A DNA stretch of 42,673 nt, taken from a virus. The notes below the pieces were generated by a model. That model had not been told where the DNA came from and searched no databases. It worked only from the letters and a program-made list of their open reading frames with translations. Shown here in pieces: positions 15,396 through 22,086 of the stretch. Within the stretch, counting starts at the first letter, position 1; every line of letters begins with the position of its first letter. Made by a program: the position numbers and the translations under genes. The DNA lies in the IMG/VR virus record IMGVR_UViG_3300032157_000024, positions 1 through 42,673 of that record. One strand, given 5' to 3'.

Positions 15396-16025
15396 ATGAA
15401 AACCACTACAAAGCACTGGTCTACCAAACTGCCAGCTACCGCCTGCTCTGAGGCCGTGGGATGGGCGCGCGAGCAACCCTCAGCCGCCGCCGCATGGCGC
15501 ACCTGCAAGCGCGGCGACTGGATGCTCTGGCTTATCACGCAAAAGCTGGAAGATGATCCTGCCTGCGCATCAAGGCGCAAGCTCGCTCTCTGCGTTGCCG
15601 AGATTGGCCGCGAGTCGCTGCAATACGCGGGCGAGTACCGCGCTACGCTCTCCACCGCGTTTGATGCCGTGGAAGCGTGGGGGAATGACGGGGGGTCTCT
15701 GGAACAGTTGAACGCGGCGAGGAGCGCGGCGTGGAGCGCGGCGGAGAGCGCGGCGAGCGCGGCGTGGAGCGCGGCGGAGAGCGCGGAGAGCGCGGCGTGG
15801 AGCGCGGCGGAGAGCGCGGAGAGCGCGGCGAGCGCGGCGAGGAGCGCGGCGGCGAGCGCGGCGAGCGCGGCGAGCGCGGCGAGCGCGGCGAGGAGCGCGG
15901 CGGCGAGCGCGGCGGAGAGCGCGGCGAGCGCGGCGAGCGCGGAGAGCGCGGCGAGGAGCGCGTCCCTTGAAAAGCAAGCAGACATTATCCGTAAGCACTA
16001 TCCGAAACCGCCGAGGTTGAGATGA
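15396..16025 (+). CDS. Ala/Ser/Glu/Trp repeat protein with a globular N-terminal domain
   Basis: 209 aa, TGGAG RBS. The N-terminal domain contains CKRGDWMLWLI. It is followed by about 80 aa of SAA(W/E/A)SAAESA-type repeats, and the protein ends in ...EKQADIIRKHYPKPPRLR. Confidence 0.7.
   Translation: MKTTTKHWSTKLPATACSEAVGWAREQPSAAAAWRTCKRGDWMLWLITQKLEDDPACASRRKLALCVAEIGRESLQYAGEYRATLSTAFDAVEAWGNDGGSLEQLNAARSAAWSAAESAASAAWSAAESAESAAWSAAESAESAASAARSAAASAASAASAASAARSAAASAAESAASAASAESAARSASLEKQADIIRKHYPKPPRLR
15713..15962. repeat. GC-rich imperfect tandem repeat (units built from gcggcg/agcgcg/gagagc/gtggagc) encoding the Ala/Ser repeat
   Basis: The periodicity is directly visible. All six frames stay open across it, which produces several shadow ORFs. 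Confidence 0.9.
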
Positions 16026-16213
16026 ATAACGCACAAGACCCACTCACCGCAGCCCTAGCCCTCATCGGCACGCCACGCGAGCCTGCGCCGTATTCGGTGC
16101 AGGCCGCAGCCGATGCCACGCGCCCGGACGGAACATCGGTCGCCGCATGGCGCATCAAGGTATTTCGCGCCCATCGCAAGCGCACGCAGGCGACGAAGCC
16201 GGAGAGCATTTGA
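16022..16213 (+). CDS. Hypothetical protein (63 aa)
   Basis: ATGA-coupled to the upstream repeat-protein gene. Confidence 0.45.
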   Translation: MNNAQDPLTAALALIGTPREPAPYSVQAAADATRPDGTSVAAWRIKVFRAHRKRTQATKPESI

Positions 16214-16422
16214 CTACCAGGCGCATCTACGTCTACACGCTGGCTATCGAGCTATCCGGCGAGCGCACGGACGACGATGCGCCTGAGCGCATTGCACGCG
16301 AGTTGATGGCAGCGATCCCTGCGCAACTGGACGGGGCTACGCTGCTGGCAGCAGAGGCTACTTATCGGCGCCGTATCGTGGCACAACAGCGTCCGCGAGG
16401 CGTAGGCCGAGGATCACTTTAA
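16210..16422 (+). CDS. Hypothetical protein (about 70 aa, putative TTG start)
   Basis: GGAGAG lies 5 nt upstream of a TTG that overlaps the preceding TGA. The 3' end converges on and overlaps the primase stop. Weak call. Confidence 0.3.
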   Translation: MTTRRIYVYTLAIELSGERTDDDAPERIARELMAAIPAQLDGATLLAAEATYRRRIVAQQRPRGVGRGSL

Positions 16423-18373
16423 CGCCTGACTTCATCACTTGGTAGCCGCGCTCTTTCAGCTTGGTGGTAAAGTTCTTCTGCGATAGCACGTACTCCCCTG
16501 CACCCTCAGCCCATGAGCGGTAGTTAGCGTATAGGTCGCTGGACTTAGCGCGTGCGTTCTGGTCTACCACTGCGTTCGCTTCGATCCATTCGGCTATCAC
16601 GTCCTCGCCTTCGAGGTAGTTTTCCACCGCTTCCATTACCTGCTCTGGCTTGCCTAGCCCCGCATCGCGCCACGCGAGGAACCCATCCATGCACCATTGC
16701 AGGATTTGCGGGTACTCGGTGCGCAGCTTCGCATCGAGATCACGGTCCATATCTTCCTCTGCGACCGGATTGGCGAATTCCAAGATATGCAGGCGGCGGC
16801 GCATCGCTTCGTCTACGTTGCGCAGGCCTGGTATATGGTTCGCGGCCATGAGAATCTTGCCTAACTGGAATTCGAAGCTATTTTCCCGCAGCATCCTCGC
16901 CCGCACAATGTCGCGCCCTGTTAGCTGCTTGATGCGTGCTTCACTCCATCGCTTATTCGAGTCTGTCTCGCTTGCGACGATCATGCGGGCACCTGCAAGG
17001 CTCGCCAATTCCTCGCTATGTCGCTCCATGCGAGATTCCGTGAATACGTCCATGCTCGCCGTGACCGCATAGGTTCCCATCATTTCGCGTAGCGCCGATA
17101 TGAACTTGCTCTTACCGCGCCGCGCAGGGCCAAAGCAAAAAAGCAGTGCTTCCTCGCTATTGTCCCCGGACAGGAAATACCCGCACCAGCGTTGCATGTA
17201 GGCGATCAGGCTATCGTCGCCCTTGCAAATGTGCTGGATGAACTTGAGCCATTGCACTGGCTCGCCACGCTCAGGGGCGACCGCTGTCTGTCGCGTGATG
17301 TAATGCTCTCTTTCAGCCGCGATCACCTTGCCAAGCTTCAGGTCTACCACGCCACCTGGCACGCCAAGCAAGTAGGGGTCAGCGTTGAACTGTGATTCCT
17401 CTGCCGATATGCGCCTGTCGGATGACGTGTTATCGCGCATGTTCCACCAAAACCGCTTGGAACCGATCTTGCGCCTGCCCTCCGGGGTCAGGCTTGCGGC
17501 ATCCGGCCACGATAGCGCCGTGCGGCAGAACTCTATCGAGCGCCGGTCAACCTCTTTTTTGGCATCCGGCTTCCAGTAGCTCCCATCCCATACGAGCCAG
17601 AGATTGCGCGCTGCAACATAGCGCAGGTCATCACATTGCGATGCAGCAAATTCCATCGCCACGTGATCCTCGGACATTTCCGCTGGCAGCGGCTCATCGT
17701 CCGGGTCAGGCTTGCGGGCTGCATTGCCATCGGTTCCGACGATCCCGCCCATGATTGACCTCAGCCGTGGCTTCCTCTTGCCGCCAGGACGCGATTTGGC
17801 GGCCTCTGGCTCATTTTCGTAGGCCGATAATGGTATTTGATGGTCAGGCGGCTGCGACGTTTCTAGCGCATCCTGCGCAATGCTGACATTTCTGTCAGAT
17901 TCGTCAGGTTCGCCACCCTCCGGTGGTGGAGGAGGCACCGGCTCTGCGGCAACCGGCGGGGTCGCCGTAGCTGCTACCGGAGGGGGCGAATGTGGTGCGG
18001 CGGGGGCAGCAGAGTGGGATTCGAACCCACGACCCTCGTCAGCGGAAGTTATAGGCTTCCGGTCAGATGCTCTATCCAGCTGCGCTATCTGCTGTCCCGC
18101 CGCATAGTCTACGGCATGGGCTTTGACCCATGCCTTTATCTCTGTGTCCGTTGCGCCTTCTGGCCAAGGCTCTGGCAGGTAGCGCAGCTTGCCAGCATAC
18201 CCCACCGCATAGGCCGCTATCTCCCCGTCGAGCGCGAATACCTTGCGCCCTTCCAAGCCCTCCCACTCGCCATTGGCAAGCCTTGCTTCGAGCGCCGGAA
18301 ATATCCGCGCCATGAGCGAAAGCTGCTCCTGCGAGTGGCAGATGACTAGCTGCCGCGCCTCCCCGCTTGCCAC
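16358..18373 (-). CDS. Primase/helicase (P4/D5 family: degenerate Toprim-like N-domain, Pro-rich linker, D5_N plus SF3 NTPase)
   Basis: 671-aa open frame. The C-terminal part carries a Walker A motif (FGPARRGKSKF), ...MIVASETD..., and RRRLHILEF, typical of phage/plasmid P4-family primases. A possible internal start lies at 17752 (GAGG RBS). The frame contains a tRNA-like sequence at 18006-18094. Confidence 0.8.
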   Translation of the reverse strand: MASGEARQLVICHSQEQLSLMARIFPALEARLANGEWEGLEGRKVFALDGEIAAYAVGYAGKLRYLPEPWPEGATDTEIKAWVKAHAVDYAAGQQIAQLDRASDRKPITSADEGRGFESHSAAPAAPHSPPPVAATATPPVAAEPVPPPPPEGGEPDESDRNVSIAQDALETSQPPDHQIPLSAYENEPEAAKSRPGGKRKPRLRSIMGGIVGTDGNAARKPDPDDEPLPAEMSEDHVAMEFAASQCDDLRYVAARNLWLVWDGSYWKPDAKKEVDRRSIEFCRTALSWPDAASLTPEGRRKIGSKRFWWNMRDNTSSDRRISAEESQFNADPYLLGVPGGVVDLKLGKVIAAEREHYITRQTAVAPERGEPVQWLKFIQHICKGDDSLIAYMQRWCGYFLSGDNSEEALLFCFGPARRGKSKFISALREMMGTYAVTASMDVFTESRMERHSEELASLAGARMIVASETDSNKRWSEARIKQLTGRDIVRARMLRENSFEFQLGKILMAANHIPGLRNVDEAMRRRLHILEFANPVAEEDMDRDLDAKLRTEYPQILQWCMDGFLAWRDAGLGKPEQVMEAVENYLEGEDVIAEWIEANAVVDQNARAKSSDLYANYRSWAEGAGEYVLSQKNFTTKLKERGYQVMKSGVKVILGLRLADAVVPRYGADK
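18006..18094 (-). other. tRNA-derived element (89 nt) embedded in frame in the primase ORF
   Basis: The minus strand reads CAGCAGA-TA-GCGC-AGCTGGATA-GAGC-A-TCTGAC-CGGAAG-CCTATAA-CTTCCG-CTGACGAGGGTC-GTGGG-TTCGAAT-CCCAC-TCTGCTG-C. This gives a perfect 7-bp acceptor stem, a canonical T-arm and a near-canonical D-arm. The anticodon domain is aberrant: a 6-bp stem with loop CCUAUAA, flanked by CTGAC direct repeats. Confidence 0.6.
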
Positions 18374-18375
18374 AG

Positions 18376-18666
18376 TTAAATCTCCTCGTCTGCCGATCCG
18401 CGTGCGCTAAGGTATAAAAGGTTCACCGATTGCACGAACCTGCGCTCGCTGCCCCTTGGAAATGGGCAGGAGTGCATCATTTCGAACCGCTGCTGCTTCG
18501 TGGCAAGCGCATACCTGAGCCTTAGTTCAGCATCCTGCGCACGCTTGAGCCACGCATCGCCCCACGCTAACGCTTCCTCAATGGTGCGAATCTCCACTTC
18601 CTCACGCTGGCTATTGCCGTGGTTGACCGTATTACCGTTGCCAAGCTGCACGGTATTGCCGCTCAT
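18376..18666 (-). CDS. Hypothetical protein (96 aa from the internal ATG)
   Basis: MSGNTVQLGNGNTVNHGNSQREEVEIRTIEEALAWGDAWLKRAQ... No clear RBS, so the start is uncertain (the track ORF extends to 18714). Confidence 0.45.
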   Translation of the reverse strand: MSGNTVQLGNGNTVNHGNSQREEVEIRTIEEALAWGDAWLKRAQDAELRLRYALATKQQRFEMMHSCPFPRGSERRFVQSVNLLYLSARGSADEEI

Positions 18667-18797
18667 CGCGCCGATGTATGTCCGAACCGCAGGGCACCAG
18701 CGCAAGCAGACCACAGCCTTTTAGCCAGTTGCCACCTGGCACTAGGGAACGCAGCTTCCTGCCTCATCCGATTGGCGTCAAAACTTCCACCACTGCG

Positions 18798-18841
18798 CCC
18801 CACAACCGCCGCTGTAGAAATTATTTCTGCGACGGGTGGGG
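18798..18841 (-). other. Composite 18-bp hairpin (three stacked helices) in an intergenic region
   Basis: CCCCAC/GTGGGG, CGCCGC/GCGACG (C-A on the plus strand, G-U on the minus-strand RNA) and AGAAAT/ATTTCT. It lies just downstream of the 18845 stop on the minus strand. Confidence 0.6.
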
Positions 18842-18844
18842 CCG

Positions 18845-19057
18845 CTAAAAAGGGCGCAGAGCAATCTCCACGCGATCCAGCTTGTCAGTGTAGTCCTGCG
18901 GGATAGCCCTTGCCGCGAGCATCATCGCCTCTTTATCGTTGTTAGACAAGACTCTGGTTACATCCACGATAAGCACAGACTTAGGCGCTTCTCCGCGTTC
19001 CTTCTGGTCTTTCGTCGGAAGCGGGTTGTAGATCACAGCGTATTCGTACAGTTTCAT
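18845..19057 (-). CDS. Conserved-looking hypothetical protein (70 aa)
   Basis: Strong RBS (aaggagaacgaaATG). Sequence: MKLYEYAVIYNPLPTKDQKERGEAPKSVLIVDVTRVL...VEIALRPF. Confidence 0.65.
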   Translation of the reverse strand: MKLYEYAVIYNPLPTKDQKERGEAPKSVLIVDVTRVLSNNDKEAMMLAARAIPQDYTDKLDRVEIALRPF

Positions 19058-19071
19058 TTCGTTCTCCTTGG

Positions 19072-19590
19072 TTAACCCTCAATGATTGCTCGTGCATCGT
19101 CCACCGATACGGCAAAGCCTGCGCGATGCCCTTTCTTGGCTAGTAGCATCAGGTACGCCGCTTGCTCGCGCTCGCGGTCATCCTTTGGCTTTTTCCATAG
19201 CCGATTTTTTGCTTCAATCGCAAACAGCCTGCCGTCCAATAGCATCCCCATGATGTCAGGCAGTCGCATTTTCTCAGGTCGAACGATCCAATCATAGAAG
19301 TTGACTGGTGCCCACTTGCCTGATTTTGCTTCATAGCTCGCGCTGCCACTGTTCTGCCTCCATGCGATGAGGACATTCGGATGGCTACCCACAAACTCTG
19401 CAATCTCCGCCATTACTCCGTCAGGCCCAAGCTCCGCAATGTCAGGATTTTGCGCTGCCCTGTGCTTCACTGGCGCAATCACTGTCTGATTCTGAGGCTC
19501 TACCCCTGCAAGCGCAGCGTAGAACCTATCTGCTTTGTTGGCGTCAGCATACCGCTCGCGCAGGGTCTTGGGCCTACTTGGGCGGCGCAT
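19072..19590 (-). CDS. VRR-NUC domain nuclease
   Basis: 172 aa. ...PDIMGMLLDGRLFAIEAKNRLWKKPKDDREREQAAYLMLLAKKGHRAGFAVSVDDARAII matches the D...(E/D)xK plus Q..w...l...G core pattern of VRR-NUC. Confidence 0.65.
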   Translation of the reverse strand: MRRPSRPKTLRERYADANKADRFYAALAGVEPQNQTVIAPVKHRAAQNPDIAELGPDGVMAEIAEFVGSHPNVLIAWRQNSGSASYEAKSGKWAPVNFYDWIVRPEKMRLPDIMGMLLDGRLFAIEAKNRLWKKPKDDREREQAAYLMLLAKKGHRAGFAVSVDDARAIIEG

Positions 19591-19816
19591 TGTCGGTTTC
19601 TTCTAGTGCCTTAATCTCAGCAGCCAAGTTCGCCAAGTCTTTGTGATGCGTCATGGCGAGCCATCTATTTTTTTCCTCATATCTCTTTTTTAAGTCGCCT
19701 AACCGACGCTCTCTGTCGTGCTTTGCGCAAAAATACATTCCATCGTAATCGGCAAATGATTTCGCAACAGGCATTTCCTCTCCGCACACATCGCAGCTAA
19801 CTATAACAGCGCCCAT
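19574..19816 (-). CDS. Hypothetical Cys-containing (zinc-ribbon-like) protein (80 aa)
   Basis: CDVCGEEM...FCAKHD pattern, in operon context. Confidence 0.5.
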   Translation of the reverse strand: MGAVIVSCDVCGEEMPVAKSFADYDGMYFCAKHDRERRLGDLKKRYEEKNRWLAMTHHKDLANLAAEIKALEETDNAPPK

Positions 19817-19980
19817 TATGCGACCCTCCCGCGCTTTGGCTTTGGCCCACCGACCTTCGCAAACTTGTACGTGCCGCGCTCGATAGCAGCAAGGATGCGC
19901 TCACCTAGCGCGGTGATGAACAGCATCCGAGACTTGCCGCCGACTGGACGGCCTATCTTACGGCGCTTTGAACTTGCCAT
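19816..19980 (-). CDS. Small basic protein (54 aa)
   Basis: Hand translation MASSKRRKIGRPVGGKSRMLFITALGERILAAIERGTYKFAKVGGPKPKRGRVA. TAATG junction with the next gene. It overlaps 19958..20143 by 23 nt. Confidence 0.35.
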   Translation of the reverse strand: MASSKRRKIGRPVGGKSRMLFITALGERILAAIERGTYKFAKVGGPKPKRGRVA

Positions 19981-20143
19981 TTTTCATTTTCCATTGTTTC
20001 CAGTAATTTACTAGCCGCGCCTTTTCTTTGCGAGCCTCTACGCCCTTCATTGCGAAGGCTCGGCGCTGCGCCTTAGTGGACTTGGCCCAACGCTTGCGGC
20101 CAGCTTGTCGGAAGAACTCTTTTGCTGCTGCGGATAGCTTCAT
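19958..20143 (-). CDS. Small basic protein (61 aa), first gene of the minus-strand replication operon, probably leaderless
   Basis: MKLSAAAKEFFRQAGRKRWAKSTKAQRRAF... There is no RBS, and the promoter -10 element ends 8 nt upstream of the ATG. Confidence 0.5.
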   Translation of the reverse strand: MKLSAAAKEFFRQAGRKRWAKSTKAQRRAFAMKGVEARKEKARLVNYWKQWKMKNGKFKAP

Positions 20144-20151
20144 GTCGGCGT

Positions 20152-20179
20152 ATTATGCACATATCCAGAATCATTGCAA
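20152..20179 (-). promoter_or_regulatory. Promoter TTGCAA-16 nt-CATAAT for the minus-strand operon
   Basis: Read on the minus strand. The -10 element (20157..20152) lies 8 nt from the ATG at 20143. Confidence 0.45.
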
Positions 20180-20190
20180 GAACGGGCTTG

Positions 20191-20220
20191 TTGACAAGGG
20201 GCTTGAACCGTGCCTATACT
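20191..20220 (+). promoter_or_regulatory. Promoter TTGACA-18 nt-TATACT for plus-strand early operon 2
   Basis: A consensus -35 (20191-20196) and TATACT (20215-20220), about 28 nt upstream of the ATG at 20249. Confidence 0.6.
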
Positions 20221-20248
20221 CCGCCGTCAACTCAGCAAGGGGAATGAA

Positions 20249-20362
20249 ATGAACGACGACAACGACAGCTTCCAGATCGTGCCCGGCGACCTCGCGGTGC
20301 TGCTGCTCGCCGCGCTGGTGATCGTGTGCGGCATCTTCAGAGATTTGCTGAGGCTCGTATGA
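20249..20362 (+). CDS. Small membrane protein (37 aa)
   Basis: GGGGAA RBS. MNDDNDSFQIVPGDLAVLLLAALVIVCGIFRDLLRLV contains one predicted TM helix. ATGA-coupled to the next gene. Confidence 0.45.
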   Translation: MNDDNDSFQIVPGDLAVLLLAALVIVCGIFRDLLRLV

Positions 20363-20649
20363 GCGACAAGCCGATCAGCGTTGGCGACTTGGTGATGGTG
20401 GTTCGCCCAACTTCCTGTTGCGGCAATAGTAAAAATATCGGGGCAGTATTCATTGTTGATGATATTTTAATTAACGTTGGCGAATGTGCTTACTGCTCAA
20501 TAAAAGAGGCGGTCGCGTGCGCCTTTGAGCCTAACTGGAAGTACGGAATGGGCGCATACTCCTTGAATCGCCTCAAGCGCATCGACCCTGACTGCCTGCG
20601 CGACGATGTTCGCGAAGCCGAGAAGCTGCCGACGAAGGAGCCAGCATGA
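20359..20649 (+). CDS. Hypothetical protein (96 aa)
   Basis: ATGA coupling at both ends. It contains a visibly AT-rich patch (20420-20510). Confidence 0.55.
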   Translation: MSDKPISVGDLVMVVRPTSCCGNSKNIGAVFIVDDILINVGECAYCSIKEAVACAFEPNWKYGMGAYSLNRLKRIDPDCLRDDVREAEKLPTKEPA

Positions 20650-20840
20650 CCACGCGCTACTGCGTAGACTGCAAGCATTATTGCTCGCCTAGTTTGCTGC
20701 AATGGGCTTCGAGCATTGGCCCGTTCTGCTCGCATCCGGTAGCACTCAGTCCTGTGGATGGCAGCGCGAGCAGTGAATGCTTACACATGCGCCGCATGAG
20801 CGACTGCGGCCCCGATGCGAAACTGTGGGAGGCGAAATGA
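20646..20840 (+). CDS. Cys-rich hypothetical protein (64 aa)
   Basis: ATGA coupling. Contains CVDCKHYC...FCSH... Confidence 0.5.
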   Translation: MTTRYCVDCKHYCSPSLLQWASSIGPFCSHPVALSPVDGSASSECLHMRRMSDCGPDAKLWEAK

Positions 20841-21001
20841 ACGACTTTGGCGCTGGATTTCTATGCGTTTGTCTTTTAGCTCTTTGCTTTTTTGCTGGAT
20901 ACATTGTTGGCAGTTTTAGTGTATTCAATGATTGCAAAAACTACTCTGCTTCCGTTCAAGGAAACTACCGGATAGAGTGCAAATATGTGGGGCCGAAATG
21001 A
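20837..21001 (+). CDS. Small membrane protein (54 aa)
   Basis: ATGA coupling. MNDFGAGFLCVCLLALCFFAGYIVGSF... contains a TM helix. Confidence 0.5.
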   Translation: MNDFGAGFLCVCLLALCFFAGYIVGSFSVFNDCKNYSASVQGNYRIECKYVGPK

Positions 21002-21234
21002 AAGACGGCGGATCGGCGTTTCCTGCGCTTAACTTCATAGTGCCCTCTGACCTTGAGGAGCGCCATGTTCGGGCGCTTGGTAAGACGCAAGGAATGACCC
21101 TGCGCGACTACTTCGCGGCGGCTGCTATGCAAGCGCACATTGCAGGCGGCATTACGAACGGAATACTTGCTGCGGAATCCTCTTACCGATATGCAGACGC
21201 CATGCTTGCCGAGCGCGAGAAGGAGCGCACATGA
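20998..21234 (+). CDS. Hypothetical phage protein (78 aa)
   Basis: ATGA coupling. The GGSAFP...GMTLRDYFAAAAM motif is common in small phage proteins. Confidence 0.55.
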   Translation: MKDGGSAFPALNFIVPSDLEERHVRALGKTQGMTLRDYFAAAAMQAHIAGGITNGILAAESSYRYADAMLAEREKERT

Positions 21235-21464
21235 GCACGCCACGCCAGCCGCGCCTGCGCCTGGTCGTAGCAGAGCGCCCGCTTGCGAAACTCTCCTATG
21301 CCGAGAAACTTGCGCACGCCAAGGCGTACCTGCAACGTCGCGGGAAGTACGTCCTAGACCGTGGCACGCCGAAGCCGAACTGGGGAATCCCGTTCGATCA
21401 ACAGCCAAGAGAGTCGCGGCTCGCGCAAATCATCAAGGACGCAGACCGCAGGGGGACGAAATGA
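21231..21464 (+). CDS. Hypothetical protein (77 aa)
   Basis: ATGA coupling at both ends. Confidence 0.5.
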   Translation: MSTPRQPRLRLVVAERPLAKLSYAEKLAHAKAYLQRRGKYVLDRGTPKPNWGIPFDQQPRESRLAQIIKDADRRGTK

Positions 21465-21790
21465 CCGACCTTGAGCTAACGAGGCTGTGCGCGGCGGCGA
21501 TGGGCCTGTCCTATGAGGAATTTGGCGCAGGAGATAAAGCGGAGTTGATGATTCCGAGGTGGCCGACTGCAACCGCGCACGTCATGCGATATGACCCACT
21601 CCACGACGACGCGCAGGTGATGGCGCTGGTGAAGAAATTGGGGTTGCAGATTAGCTATTATCGAACAGCGAACAAACCTGATTGGCGGGCTGTCTCCAAT
21701 GATGGATTGCACAGCGTCCATCATAAAAACCTCAATCGCGCGATCTGCGTGTGCGCCGCAGAGACGCAGGCACGAAGGGGGGCGAAATGA
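21461..21790 (+). CDS. Hypothetical protein, DUF2591-like (109 aa)
   Basis: MTDLELTRLCAAAMGL...YDPLHDDAQVMALVKKLGL...NLNRAICVCAAE resembles the DUF2591 phage family pattern, from memory. Confidence 0.5.
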   Translation: MTDLELTRLCAAAMGLSYEEFGAGDKAELMIPRWPTATAHVMRYDPLHDDAQVMALVKKLGLQISYYRTANKPDWRAVSNDGLHSVHHKNLNRAICVCAAETQARRGAK

Positions 21791-22083
21791 TCGTCAGCAA
21801 CGAGCAGGGGCTTAACGAGCAGCGCAGGCAGCAGGAAGAATGCGCCTGCACGCCATCGACAGACCTGTTCTCCCTGTGCGCCGATTGCTATAACCGCGCA
21901 TGGGCGGCAGGCAACGCTCTCATCGAGCGCGACCGCGCAAAGCCGTGGCCTGACTACGATACCAGCACAGACCTTGCGCCAGATGGCCGCAACATCGCAT
22001 ACTGGAACCGCAGCGTCATCGCGCCGCAGATGCGCCAGAACGCAGAGATTACCGAACGCACCAGACCGAAAAAAGGAGGCTAG
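21787..22083 (+). CDS. Hypothetical protein (98 aa)
   Basis: ATGA coupling upstream. Confidence 0.5.
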   Translation: MIVSNEQGLNEQRRQQEECACTPSTDLFSLCADCYNRAWAAGNALIERDRAKPWPDYDTSTDLAPDGRNIAYWNRSVIAPQMRQNAEITERTRPKKGG

Positions 22084-22086
22084 ACC

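Noticed and set aside
15377-16043. Minus-strand and alternative-frame ORFs (202 aa, 157 aa, 79 aa) and a possible CRISPR-like array in the GC-rich repeat
   Set aside because: They are all translations of the same 6/9/12-nt tandem repeat in other frames (poly-Ala-Leu, Arg-Ala, Glu-Arg-Gly). There are no unique spacers between repeats, so it is not CRISPR. Only the plus-strand frame has an RBS, a globular N-domain and operon coupling.
16358-18373. Treating the Pro-rich stretch (PAAPHSPPPVAATATPPVAAEPVPPPPPEGG) as a separate gene or a collagen-like element
   Set aside because: It is continuous in frame with both flanking domains and lacks any repeat periodicity. It is most simply a disordered linker.
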